51,890 nt of DNA, filler included, from Sphacelaria rigidula (GCA_964200075.2; 3 parts of 3 records of this genome joined end to end with filler, not necessarily neighbours in it); one strand, 5' to 3'. Shown: positions 12,844-25,465, counted from the first letter of the whole stretch. Notes: generated from the letters alone by a model not told the origin. A program made the numbers and translations.

Positions 12844-13669
12844 GTGCGGTAATCTGAACGTCTTGAGAGCATACTTGTTGGCACGGTTGTGTTGACTTCA
12901 GTGCTCTTTGGTTGTTATTTCGCATGTAGACCTGGGGCGGGGTCGATCACGGGTGCCTGTGTTTAGCAGGCGTGGGTGAAGACGTACTTTCTCGAGAGTG
13001 GTGAGTGGTGGCAAGTATCCTGTTCGTAAAGTTTAGTTGAAACAGATGGTGTAACGACTGTCGTGCAGGATCATAATCTGGAATGGCAACGATGAGAGCA
13101 TTTCCAGGATCATTCTCACTGTTGGCAGACCCTCACTTGCAATGAGTTGATTCGTTTTGACTTATATATATATATACCAGAGAAATATGGGTTAATCCCT
13201 TGAGACTACGGACTCGTCCCGAGAAAGGGGAGGGGTTCAAAGTGCGACAATATATATATATATATATATACGAGTCGTATATAAATATATATGCTTGCAC
13301 ATGACAGCCCGTTTCGATTTTTGCTTTTCACCTCCTTCACCCGTCCTCCCTATTTCTCTACCTTGATCAACGTATCCAGAGTAGTTCGAAGGACACGAAG
13401 AACTTGTCCAGATCTACCTGATTTTCACTTCGCGGAAAAAGCGCACCGCTCTCTGTAATCTGTCCTCTTGCCCGATTTCATATCTGAACTTTGATATCAA
13501 TCACCGTGCCAGAATAATCTCGAAAAATGCGGAGTACGTGCCGTAGTCCGTGGTCTGTATGAAATGTAGATCGCCGTTCCATGATTTCCTGTTCATGTTG
13601 AAAATTTGATGTGAGTATCCCTACCCTCTCTCCGCCCTTCCCTTACGCTGTGGTTACATCCCAATCTAG

Positions 13670-14038
13670 GCGGTGGACGCCTCGGTTCGCGCCGGTCTGT
13701 GGGGCCTAGCCCTTCTTATTGCCTCCTCGTGCCCTGTCCCAGTGACCTCTGAGAGCGGGGATGCCCCTCCCCAGTCCCCGTATCAGAGAGTCGTGCGCCT
13801 GTACGCGAATGCGTTTCTTCACTCTGGAACTCCGTTGTACACCATGGCGCTAGCTTTTTCAGGACAGGCCGGGGCCGCAATTAAGCACGGCGGGAAGAGC
13901 TTGACGGGTGGCGCAGGCGGACTGGATGCTGGGGGGCGGGGAGCGGCAGCGGGTGGCGGAGTAGGTGTAGGAGGGAGGGGGGTCGGAGGATTTGAAGAGA
14001 ACTGGATGGCGACGGCCGCGGCTATTGTCAGCAACAAG
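13670..14038 (+). CDS. SEC16: Sec16 exon 5 (AVDASVRAGLWGLALLIAS...ENWMATAAAIVSNK)
   Basis: CTAG|GCG acceptor, AAG|GTGATG donor, 123 codons, phase 0. LWxxAL, PLxT and NW...A.I.SN motifs typical of Sec16/Sec31 ACE1. Confidence 0.85.
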
Positions 14039-14649
14039 GTGATGTGTTTGACCATTTCCCGGTGATGTTTTTCCGAGGCATGTGTCTCTGTTGTTCGAAT
14101 CGGCGAGGCTGAGGAAGAGTCATGCCTACCTTCGTTGCAGTTGGTAGATATTGAACATGGAAGAAATGCAACGGATATTTACCCGTGATCAAGAGGGTAC
14201 CATTTTGGTCATTTTCCGCAGGTGAGGCTTTTGAGGTAGAGCACGATTGTGTCATCTTAATCCCGTCATAGGGCGGGGGGCGTGCTCATTTGTTGCTTGC
14301 CTTGATTATTTGACCGTTCACTTCGTATCCCTTTCGAGACGGAGCACCGTTATCATCGGTGTGGGAGGGGGGCGGGGGGCGGGGGGCAGCTTTTGTGTAC
14401 AAAACAAGTGAGGATAATATGGCTGAGGCTGGATATCTGGCTGACCTTGTGGGTGTTTTTACGATCGGAGAATATGTGGGAGCAGATCTGTCGTAGATGT
14501 CTCCAGAAAGATACCTTGCTGTGGCATATGCTGGCGCAAACGTCCTGGAAGTGAGTCCACAACCCTCAGCGCAAACGCCACAGAAAAGAAATGGCGAAGA
14601 TGAGGCACTTGGCGGGCCAATTTGAAGATTTTCTGCATTTTCCGCTGAT

Positions 14650-15021
14650 CTGTACTGTACTGTACTGTACTGTACTGTACTGTTGTGGTACCCTGAATGT
14701 TCCGTACATGCGGTAGTCAATGCGTGGTAAACAGTCCAGTACATGATAGTACACAGCATATTGTACAGTGCGGTACTCTGCTTTGTGAGTGCCGGTACCG
14801 CTGAACACGCTTGCCCGAGCACGCTTGCACAGAATTGTGACGTGGTGTGACCCCGACGTCTGCTGCACAAGTACATGTATGACGTGATCCTGTGTGTAAC
14901 GTACAGCCCTACGGTCTTGCCCACTATTGTATGCTGTGTCAGCACACTGTAGTTGACAACATGTAGCGGTTGGTTGAGGGTACTGTACTGTACTGTACTG
15001 TACTGTACTGTACTGTACTGT
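14650..15021. repeat. Two (CTGTA)n pentanucleotide microsatellites (14650-14683, 14980-15021) bracketing ~300 bp
   Basis: Direct reading of TGTACTGTAC... runs. Confidence 0.9.
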
Positions 15022-16045
15022 GCGGTGTAATATAGTGAAGTCTACTTCAGCAGCGGTCTACATCGAGTTGAGTTCACTGGTTGATCGATTGATTTCTTTA
15101 CTTAGTTGTCGTACATTGGCTGGTCCCGAAGGAATGCAGCTGTGGTCATGATCCACAAGATAGACATACCCAAGGGTGAAAAAAATCGAAACACTCGCTC
15201 CAGGAAACTCTGAAAGTGAAGAACACGAAGATAGAACAGGTGGGGTAGAGTGAACAAAACAAGACGGAAATAGAAGAGAAATGAGCGGGAAAAGCGAGGA
15301 AGAGGGAGCGGTCGCCATCGAGTGTACGGCTTGAATAAATATATCCCAAGAAAAAAAACTGCGAAAGCTACCTATATGTTCTGAGTTCGATTTTGCTGGT
15401 GCTCTGAGGGTTAGTCGACGGATTGAGAACCACTGGCTGCCACCGTGGTTGTTTTGTATCTCACCTTCGAGCGTCGGCAGCGAAGACAATATATTTTATT
15501 AGGGCATAGTTGAGTGGAGACATGATCAAAGTTCCACTTTTCTTGTAACAATTGAAGGGGGCCGAGAAGTGTTTTTTTTCACGGGTCGCAACGGAGGTGT
15601 ACCAGAGCTTGGTGGAAGGATTGAACGCTGATTGTGATTATGTTTCAAGTCCGCAAGCGTCTCGCTGTATCCGATGATGCTATGTGGGATTTTAATGGGG
15701 AGCCATTCGCGTATCCACGTAGAAGTCAAAGATTGCTCCGCCAGGATATATGGTCCGTGGATGTGCCATGTCTACGGCAATTTTGAGTCGAACGTTTGGG
15801 CGCTTTTCAATCGCCGGCGTACGCGATACGCACGTTAACTCCATCCCATGCCCTGAATTGCTCTAGGTCGCGTAGTTCAGCATTCGAACCCGAATGATCA
15901 AATTCAACACCACAAACTTGGCAATCTCTTTCTGCAGGAGAGCTCAGGGCAGCACGAATCCTACCTTGAAAAGAGCAGCCACTCATGAACTACACAGCTC
16001 AAAAACGCACATTTATAATCGCCAACACTCCCGCTCCCTCGCAAG

Positions 16046-16218
16046 GTGCCGGGCTGGGCCGAGCAACTCACCGGGCTGGGCGATCGGCTGGTGGAATCGG
16101 GCGAGGTGCCTGCGGCGCACGCGCTGTTTTTGGTGGCCGACGTTGCGATCGATCTGCCCACCACCAAGAGCGCGCGACTTGTGTTGCCCGGGGTGGATCA
16201 TCGAGATCCCAATCACAG
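16046..16218 (+). CDS. SEC16: Sec16 exon 6 (LGDRL...AAHALFLVA...RLVLPGVDH); gene continues beyond the contig end
   Basis: AAG|GTG acceptor (phase 0) and CAG|GTATAC donor (phase 2). LGD.L, AAH..xLVA and RLVL.G.DH are Sec16 signature motifs. Confidence 0.85.
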
Positions 16219-16654
16219 GTATACTTATGTTCATGCCCATATATATTTGAACTTTGATCTCCCCCCCTCCCCGTTATCGGGGCAAGACTGTAAAGTGTAA
16301 TCTCGAGAAAAATCGACCCGTGTCGCCCCCAGCATTCATGTGCTTTGCAATTCGATACGGAGCGCTGGGTCAGCGCTTGCATTATGCATCAATTTCGTCG
16401 ACGTGATGCCCGGATTTTGTTTTCATGTTCCCGGACGACTGAAAGCAAAAACAACATCGAGTAGTGGCGGGATTCGAATGCACAGGGTGCGTGCCCCCCG
16501 AATTATGCTGATGTAGTGGTGTAGTGTAGTCGTGCTCCGGTTGCACTGTCAGCGCGCCGCGGCAAGGCACTGTCGCGAAGTAATGAGGAGAGAACTCTTT
16601 GACTCGGTGGCGTGTTTTGCTTGGATGTCGTCGTGAAAGGGTTCAGGGGCACGT

Positions 16655-16910
16655 CGAGTAGAGTATTTGAGGTCGTACTCAATCTACTCAATTTTTATAG
16701 TAGAGTATTTGGGATCATACTCAATCTACTCGATACTTGAGTAAAGTATTGAGGTCATACTCGAGTGATATTCTATACCCAAGCATTACTGAGTGTTTAT
16801 TCAACATATGAGTAGAGTATTGAGGTCATACCCACGTGATACTCTATACTCGAGTATTACTGAGGATGCTTACTCTAAATTTGAGTGGAGTATTGGAGGT
16901 TGTACTCGAC
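16655..16910. repeat. Array of ~5 degenerate self-complementary repeats GAGTAGAGTATT(T)GAGGTCATACTC(AATCTACTC)
   Basis: The motif recurs at ~16656, ~16698, ~16738, ~16809 and ~16882 with variable linkers. Confidence 0.75.
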
Positions 16911-17234
16911 CTGCCCTTGAAAGGGTTGTTGAGCGTTTGGCTCATTTTGTTTTTCCTTCTCGTCAGAGGATTTTGGAGGAAGACTGAATCTCGGCGATAG
17001 AAGAGCGTCGAGAAAACTCGAGCAGACGCATAGAGTGGACTCAAGTGCTGGTATGTGAACGGCAGAGCGCGGTCGATGCTGTTGAGAATCAACGACGGCG
17101 TGTCTGTTGATTACCTGTGAATGTACACCCGAGGCGGTTTGTATCGTGTTTTGTCAGGTACTAGAGGGAAATGTACCAATTAAGATACGCTTAAGGCACC
17201 TGGCGGGAAAAACTCTATATCTTGGGACCCATGG

Positions 17235-17334
17235 NNNNNNNNNNNNNNNNNNNNNNNNNNNNNNNNNNNNNNNNNNNNTTAATTAATTAANNNNNNNNNN
17301 NNNNNNNNNNNNNNNNNNNNNNNNNNNNNNNNNN
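17235..17334. other. Artificial contig linker N44-TTAATTAATTAA-N44
   Basis: Exactly 100 nt; the palindromic core places stop codons in all six frames; identical to 34565-34664. Confidence 0.97.
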
Positions 17335-17899
17335 AAAGTGTGAGGAAAGCACTGTTTCAGGCTTGAACCTCACTTCAAAGTTAAACCTCAATTCGCACAA
17401 TTTTTTGTTACACATTGATCGATCCGCTACAGACCCAGACATACATGGTCACCAGACGGCCGAGATTATCCGGATAGTAAAATTTGAATAATGGAACACA
17501 AAAAACGAACAAGAAGAAAGGAAAGGCAACTTAAAGTCGAATTCAAAACCAGGTGATAAAAGAAGGACAACTGGGACACCCCAAAGAACACTTGCCTAAA
17601 CGTCAGCGGAGGCACCCAAAACGACAATCGACCAAGTAACAGAGCGAAGTAGGACGAGGCCGTATGTGAAGTGAGCCCGATAGAGCAATGCATAAAGCAT
17701 CCTCTTGAGGTACGCGTCGTCACTCCCCCCCGTAGGGCTATCGTAGAGAGTGTTGAGGTGTGTAACGCTCATTTTGCCGTATGCGTCAAAAGACCTCATC
17801 ACAGGCGGACTACAAAAGTGTATCCCATAGGTCCACAGTTCATTGCAGCAAGCTGCCTGACGATGGGTGACGTGATCCTTGGTGTGTCCAAGCATCAAG

Positions 17900-18255
17900 T
17901 CTGATGAGCGCCGGTTGATGGAGGCAATCTCCAACTCGTTCAGCAAGATGGTGGTGAACGTGAACGCGTCGAAAGTCAAACCGGTGAGACTAGCAAAATG
18001 ATTTGGAAGCTTGGAGTGGTGCTGCTCGTGCACGTCCAGGTTCGCGCCGGGCAATTGCCGACAACTACTGAGCCCGGCGTACTTCTTGCGGCACTCCTTG
18101 TTGTGATTTCCCTCGTGAGATCCATCGGATCCGAGAAACATGCCGCTATTCGAACCGGAGTATGGGTGGGGTTCGCCAACCCTCGACTCTCGCCAGGAGT
18201 TGCATGAGATACCATAGCCGGGCATCACGCCGTCGTCGTCCGTCCCACCTCCCCC
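17900..18255 (-). pseudogene. Degenerate KDZ (Kyakuja-Dileera-Zisupton)-type transposase C-terminal fragment
   Basis: ORF 17596..18270 reads GY(G)ISCN...R..EP...D.(S)H..NH..EC...Y...N...HEQ.HSKL. This matches the YDxxC / DxFHxxxHxxxC / NxxxxEQ motif order of KDZ transposases, with D>G and F>S changes. It abuts a TIR. Confidence 0.6.
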
Positions 18256-18256
18256 T

Positions 18257-18425
18257 GGATCCGCGGACAAGAGGAAACTGGGAGTACGAAAGATCGGACA
18301 AGCGCGCTGGAATCCTCGTGAAAATATAGCAAATCTTTCCGAGGGAGCTCAACTCCGCCGAGGCCCGTATTCTGCCAATACTCAGCTCTCAGAGAGATAT
18401 ATTTTCTGTCTGTAAGAAGCGGCCT
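18257..18425. mobile_element. Long terminal inverted repeat of the GGCCGCTTCTTA-ended DNA transposon family
   Basis: Aligns by eye over ~170 bp with the arms of the foldback element at 51335-51750 and ends ...GTCTGTAAGAAGCGGCC. Confidence 0.75.
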
Positions 18426-21400
18426 CGAGTGGCGATTTCAGTACGAACATCGTGCCGGGGGGAGGAGAGGGAGGGGCGGTGGGTTGTAAGTAGCTTCGAT
18501 AGGGCAAACTACTGACACCAATACCAAAGACTTCAGGCAACCCTCTACCATAAAAAGGACAGCCAAACTAGCAAGAATAGTACGGGTTTTTACAACCCCA
18601 ATACGACATAGCCTGACCACTATCGGTACGTGCGTAAATATACGACGAGCTTGAACGATAACCGTATAGTGCATAGTAATAGCATAGCATGAACCCTCTT
18701 TCAATAACCAAGTCCCGATATTCAATTAGCGCGACAACACATGCCGAAAAATCGTAGAAAAGTACGTGAAACGTACCAGCTTTTCACCGGAAGACTAAAT
18801 ATTTCAAGGATCGGTTCGGTAGCGTATACCCGATATCCTAAATACTCATTCTTTGAGCAAGTCATTGTCATCGTATTTCACCACCACCACCACCTGGGAA
18901 TGCTTACCGCGTGATACTTGCCGAGGCTTCTCCCAGCATGAGGCTGCTGCTATTATGGTCTCGGAATAGCGCGTGGAATAGCACCCGTGCCCTGCAGGGT
19001 AGGGCAGTTTACGTGGGCCCACTCTCTGACTGCCGACCGACAAAGACTTGCGGACTGTCCACCGGACACCAGCTAATCTATCCAATGCGCAGCAACACCG
19101 AGACGCACGCTGCTTTCGCCTCTTTCAAGTATCAGTATATCTCATTGTTATTGAGTTGACCATAGAGCTCCATTTCATTCATTGGTCGCATTGTTGATTA
19201 CTAAAAAAATGAATAAAGTAGTTGTTGTTCGTTGGTGGTTGATGTGTTAAAGACTTTGTTTCAGTGTTTTCTTAATTATTCATTCATTGAAGCGTAGTGC
19301 GCCTAAACTGACCGTAACCTTTATAAATTCTGCGAAATATATGTGAAAATGAGTACGAAACTCAATTGTAAATTAATGATCAATGTGTAACTTGGTGCTC
19401 GTGATTGATGTTACGTATGTTTGTAATTATGATGATCATTTTCCAATGATTCTTTTTTTTCGGTAAGTGGAACGCTATATATTGTCGTGGAGATTCTGAA
19501 GCACAATAATCACAAACCCCACCGTTTATTGCTCGGGCACGGCGGCGTCCTCTCCTCCTCCTCTTGTGCGTGGCATTCCCAAGCCTGCAGACCTTCGCTG
19601 GCCTCAGAATACACCTTCATGCAACAAAAGCACAGCCACCGCAGGCACCAGTCTTTTACTTCGCCTATACAAAAGACCTCATGTAAGACACGGGAGTGAC
19701 GTCTACATCGTCGCATTGTACGACAACCGTGGCAACAGCAATGGTCGGGCACAATATATCTGTCGTCGTCCGTCGCCGTCCCCACACTACCTCGTCGCCA
19801 CTCCCTGCGCCCCCCGCGCCTGTTGTTCCTTCACGATCCCATATCGGGTGCCGTCAGAGAACCGGCCATACGTGAAGAGGCGACCTCAGGTGCTTGCGAC
19901 CTCGTCTCCGCCGCATTCTCCCCCGCCGTGGATCGTGCTGCAAACCGGTCCACCCCCGAGAGGTATGGTGAAAACATGATACTACCTGGAGACGGAAGGT
20001 GATGTCCACCCCCGGCATGAGTTCTTGCTCCGGGAATTCTTGGTGGCTCTGTTCCAGAGGTCGTCATGATCCCGACCCATTTTTCCTCCGCGATTCCAGA
20101 TCCGATGTAGTCGGCGGGGGGGCCATTGGCAGCGAGCCGATATCACCTGCTTCTGCCCCCCACTTCACCTCACTACTCCTCGCTGTCGGTCGTGTTGCAA
20201 CCCTGTCCATCCGTAGGAAGTTCGGTGAAGGCACCGGAAACCTCAGGGCGACTCTATCCCGGAGGTCGCAACCATCCGTGTTTACAACGAAATGATCACC
20301 TCCTCCCCTTTTTCTCCTCAGCCCGGGATGAAATGGCTCTACTCTCCCTCCAGACACGATGGGGGTGCTTTCTACGGTTTGCTCTGGTTATATGGGCATT
20401 CACAGACCAAGAGCGATGCTTACGAACACGCGGGGGGCATCGTCAGAACGTATGCACTGTGCATAATATTCCTTGATGACCCACTTTCTCCCCCCCGCCC
20501 ACTTCCCGGAAATTAAACGAACACATCCCCTCACTGAACGATCTTAGCGAAAAGCGAGGGAGGTTATCCGACGTTTGAGCCATTCGCGGTCGGACAACAA
20601 CGAATCTGAACTCGTGACCGGCACCAATAGAAAGCGCACAATCTACCTAAACCTAACGATAATGCAAAGAATTTCAAACAGGGTTACATACACCTCAGGG
20701 GGAATATATTTGTCTGGAAGTTGAATTTTGATCATCACTTTCCTACTCAGACCGGGAGAATGCCACATCTCCCCTGATTTGGGCCCCCGATCCTGTGGAG
20801 AGCGCAATTTAGGGAATACTTGGAACAAGCAAAGCTCCCTCCGCTCCCAAAACGTTGACAGGCATGAGTGACCATGCGCTGCGAACATAAAGATCGACCT
20901 TTCACTCCCAATGACGAGAGGAAGATCACACCCTACTTTCCTGACTCGCCCGAGATCCACCCCAGCTTTCTGCTTCTAGTATGCCAAATTCTCTCGTGTT
21001 TCACGTCGAGAGTACGTGGACGATGAAAATAGCACGGGCCTTTCGCGGGCGACACACAACGTGACTTCATGCAGGCCATTGCCCGAGCCAGTGGTACCTG
21101 TGAGGCAGCAGCGTCTCGTCCTACCAGCTTCACCGCCCCCCCCGCCCGTGCGTGGTCACTGATCGAACGACCAGGGTAAGCAACAAATACGCACGCCCTT
21201 CCCCCGGCCCACTCTCTCTTTCTCCATCACACACACTCTCTATCGTAGCAGTACAGCACCCCGTCTCGTAATAAACAAATTCTGGAAGGCAAGCGATATT
21301 TACAGTGCGGATGATTCCCCTGTCTCAGTCTCGCAGTACTCTCCGAGGAACCTGGGCGTACTCTAGGTGTCGTATCCTCTTTATATTTTTTTCTCAGCAA

Positions 21401-22269
21401 GATGAAGTGTGCGCGTGTCTCTTTGTGCGTGCGCTTGTGTGTATGTGGAGAAATCGGAATTTATTACGTCCATCGGATCCACTTGTGATTCAAGGGTCAT
21501 TTTTGGTATACCGGTATTTCGGCTTGGAGATGAACTTTCGGGTGCGTTGAGATGGATGAGAAGCAGTCGTGCCCAAAACAAAATAGCATACTCGAGCTCA
21601 GCGGCAGCCTAGGTGCGAATTTGTAGTTTGCAGGACCATTCGCCGGCCAATACTTAGAGTTGGACGAAGAGTCCGTCGAGAGAAAATGTCCGGACACGAA
21701 GCCCCCCCCCTCCCGGAGGGCAACGTTTCGCAAATTGTCATGATCTGTTCTATTTGTTTTGTTGGTATCTGGAAATAAATTGATAAACAAACACTGACAA
21801 AAACCGAAAAATCTGGTGGGCTTTGCGAGATTCGTATATCTGCTTCTTCTGCTCCTTGCCCGCCCTGTCCCGATGAAACTCGTTTGCCGGCAACGCTCAC
21901 ACACATCCATGTACAATACACGAGCGCACGGTAGCGACAGCCTGTAGCCAGAGTAGCAACATTTTTGCCTCGCCAAATTTGCCCGGATCAGTGGTAGGTA
22001 GTCGAGGCACACGACACGGAACATGATCCCATAAATGTAAACTTGGTAGTTGATGAACTTGGAGGGGCGGTGTGTTCGTCATCTCAGCTGTCTCCATGCC
22101 AAGGATCTCTGCACACGGCAGCTGACTGCATCCGCCAACGCCTCGGAAATGAAGTAGGGGACAGCAGGCTAGGATTCCTACCCTCCCCCAAGGGTGTACC
22201 TATGACTATGGCATGCATGATCATGAGTACACCCCAAGGGTCTTATGACTATGGCATGCATGATCATGT

Positions 22270-23270
22270 GTACACCCCCCCCCCTCAAAAATTCGAATTT
22301 TCGATCTTGGGGCCTACGTGTCCCGAAATATGTTTTCGACAGACCCGTGGTTGGACACTAAAATTTGGGATGGACAATGAATTGAGCATAAAAAACATAT
22401 ACCCGTGCACACAAAGTTTATTCTATATTTTTTATCCAATTACTGATACCTGAAAACTGGCCATTGCCTTTATCTCATGAAAATATATGGTTCTTTGTGC
22501 CCACAGGTAATTTCTTTCATTATGCCCTATTTATGCTTCATTCCAAATTTTAGGGTTCGATCCTGAATATTCGCCGGCGAATGGGCCGTTTTGTAGCCGG
22601 GTCGGTGAAAATTCGGAGCAGTATTTTATGGATCCCTCACCAGCTCACGTTTGGCGTTTGTGTATTGATCCTCTGTGTGAAACCTTGCTAGAGCATATTG
22701 AACCGGAAACGTGGGTCAGGTTGGTATTGTTCCTACTTTTTCACTGGTTTAGGGCGTTTAAATATGGTGACGAACACTTTTTACGAGAACGCGCGAACCT
22801 TTCCCAGAAATAAAAAATTGAAGGTCCATTTTTATTTTTTATTCAACATACCTCTGTGGCTCTCCATGCTAAGTTTCAAATCACAGCTCTTAAAAGTGAC
22901 CTGAAACATTGAGATAAGGCCGAAGAGCAACGTTTATTTCTCCTCAAATATTCCCTGAAAAACTGAAGAAAAAAAGGGAAAAAATGTTTCTTCTTATTTT
23001 ATTTTGCACTAGCAGCTCTCTATACGGAATGTCATAGCACAATCCTCAAAACGTGAGACGCAATTTCCTGATTTAGGGCATCTAGTGCCTCTGCTGGTAG
23101 TATATTTATTTTAGTACGGAACCTCATGTGCGCCATATCTCGGGATTGAGAATGAATTTGGTGAAGGTGAGGGTATCTATCGTCCCCTCCTGCTCCAGGA
23201 AATGTCCTCAGGAAAAAAACTTCATCCGCTGAATTCATCGTCCAGGGTTTCATATAGGTTTTAGTATTGA
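22270..23270 (+). repeat. ~1-kb interspersed repeat with internal hairpin (probable non-autonomous DNA transposon part)
   Basis: Colinear with ~37985-38930. Its left end is found inverted at 51775-51853. Confidence 0.75.
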
Positions 23271-25134
23271 TGATGTCTCGGCACGGTACAGGAATTACTG
23301 GACATGGGGTTCAAATTAACAAGAAAGAAATGGCCCACACTTTTGAGCAGATGGGCGCCTTCCGCTCGAGTAGGCGATTAGTACGAGATGCGGATCACGG
23401 CCCAACTCGTCTGTGTCGACGAGATATTGCTTTGAGAGCTTGAAGCCGTTTCTAGGCCGGCCCAGCTCGTACATATTTGAAACAAAATCTGACATCTTGG
23501 CGTCCCGTGACGTGCTGCTGCTACGCGCCCAACCCCGGATTCAGCGATGTGGGCTTGTTGGGTATGCATCATCTGACAAATGACAACAGTTTCCGCGCGT
23601 TGCAGTGCCGCCTGCCCACGCGCAGCAGTACGTCTCAAACCCAGCTCCTCTACGGGCGACATGTAACTGGGTTTAGCGTAGATACTCATTATGAGCAGGA
23701 AACCCCAGTTGGGATCGATGTTGTTTTCCAGTGCAGCCACCGCCCGGCTACACATAATGATGAGGCTAGTGCACCAGCGTGTCGAAATGTGCATCAAGGG
23801 CTCGTGCATAAGGGTTTGGTCTACGGGCAAGCCGTGTGTATCAACGATATCGCTAAAACTTGGAAATCACTATGCTACATTCTGCGCACGAGCCAAACGT
23901 GTCGCCAATTGACGCATGATGTTGCCTGCCGAGTGTCCAAGTACTGTGCCAATTTTCACGTGCGGGTATCCACCCGCGGTGAAGAATTCCAAACATGAGT
24001 TTACTGTTGATCAATGCAGTGACCATTGTATGTGGGCATTCACGTACACAAAAAAGGATACATAGAGGAATGGGTACGGCCACTGCAAACGGTAGGGGTA
24101 GCTTCACCCCGCGTGTCTCCGATCGCAGGAATGAATCTTGAGCCCCGAGAGGATGCGATGGGATCGTCAAAGTATGTGGGAAAAGGGGCGTTGGGCTACA
24201 ATCGATTCGCGATGTGTGTCAATAACCAGCGAGCAGAGTACGTTTTAATGCGTGAGAGGACTGCGTGCTTAGAGGACCACATCGGAATCTGAACATCCCT
24301 ACGGTTATGGTCATGGTTAGGGTTAGTGTTGGGGTTATGGCCAGGGGCGTGGTACCTCAAGGAACTGACCCGATTGGTTTTGAAAAACGTCGATCCTGAG
24401 GTATTCAAACTACGATGCGATCCTCGAAGCACGCCGTCCTTTCACGCATTGCAACGTGTGCAGCCTGTGCAGTGGTGAAATGGGAGAGTCGTTTTCCGCA
24501 GTTTGAACGTAAACGGCCGATATTTTACCGCGAAAAAAGTGAAAGGAGAGAAGCAACTGAGAGCACTGGATAATTTACACGTGACGAGTGATTGGTGATC
24601 CGTGTAGCCAGAGTATGACGAGACTACCTCTACCCCCACTAAGCCTGCGCTTCGTCTACAACCTAGAGAGAGAACAGCCAGCAGGAGCAATGGCAGGAGC
24701 AGTGGCTATTTCACCGCACTGCCCGGTCACGAGCCTCTCTCTTGAGCCACGCACTAACACACATGTCCGAAAAGAACGCTCGCACTATAGATGAGCTGCC
24801 CGTTCCGGCAAGGCTTGAGAGATTCGTTCGAACGCAACGTCTGCTTGTAACGGGGGCGATTCACGTATGACACAGGCTTCGAAGAGTGGGGCGCGAACGG
24901 GTACGAACCAGCGCGGCGAAACCGAAAAGCTGGTTATTAAGTACAGTGGCTCAACATTCTAGCAGGAGCAGCGCGCAAAACACGCGTAAGGATGCTTCAT
25001 TCGTTGCCTGCTCGCACATTCAAACATACTCGAATACTGGCTTCCGTGTTTTCCTCGCTTATGTTTTTGTAGGGCCGGGGGGGGGGGGGATATTTTCGTT
25101 GCCTGTTCGAGCGCGGTTGTTACCGATGTATAGC

Positions 25135-25220
25135 ACTCATTCATACTGCTTGACACCGCACTTACCGAAACACAAGCGCACCCTGAGTGTGTTAGGTCGT
25201 CCGACACACCCATGAGCCTT
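25135..25220 (+). repeat. Short interspersed repeat, second copy at ~29695-29780
   Basis: CTCATTCATACTGCTTGAC...ACAAGCGCACC...GGTCGTCYGACACAC shared. Confidence 0.7.
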
Positions 25221-25304
25221 TGATGGTCGAATCAAGTATCCCCCGCACCCCCTTTCGTGAGATGGGTGCGGGGTGGAAAACCTCATCTCTACTTAAGGAA
25301 GATA

Positions 25305-25465
25305 ACCATACTACGTGGTATTCAAGTGGCGACACTCCTGAGGCAGTGTAACGTGTGACTGTCTCCAGAAGTGGTGATACCAGAGAATGAATAGATTTAT
25401 TCGGGACTTCCATCCAAACGCAAGATGATTACTACGCTTCGGGCCCAACAATCTCAGCAGGATGC
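25305..25465 (+). repeat. Diverged interspersed repeat, second copy at ~28148-28310
   Basis: TACTACGT...GAAGTGGYGATACCAGA...GCAAGATGAT...CTTCGGGC...AACAA..TC.GCAGGA shared. Confidence 0.6.

Noticed and set aside
16655-16910. CRISPR array
   Set aside because: Repeats are degenerate, linkers are of unequal length and partly repeat-derived, there are no cas genes, and the context is a eukaryotic intron.
16967-17050. SEC16 exon 7
   Set aside because: It has a good acceptor, but the required phase-2 join hits a stop after ~10 codons and no Sec16 motif appears in the other frames.
17279-17290. TTAATTAATTAA as a biological site (piggyBac target or PacI site)
   Set aside because: It is centred within N runs and repeated identically at 34609-34620, so it is an assembly spacer.
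19480-21150. LINE or other retroelement ORF
   Set aside because: GC-rich with short ORFs and a lone FLDD, but no other RT motifs could be found.
24300-24340. Interstitial telomere repeat
   Set aside because: Only one or two perfect TTAGGG units among degenerate ones; too short to support.
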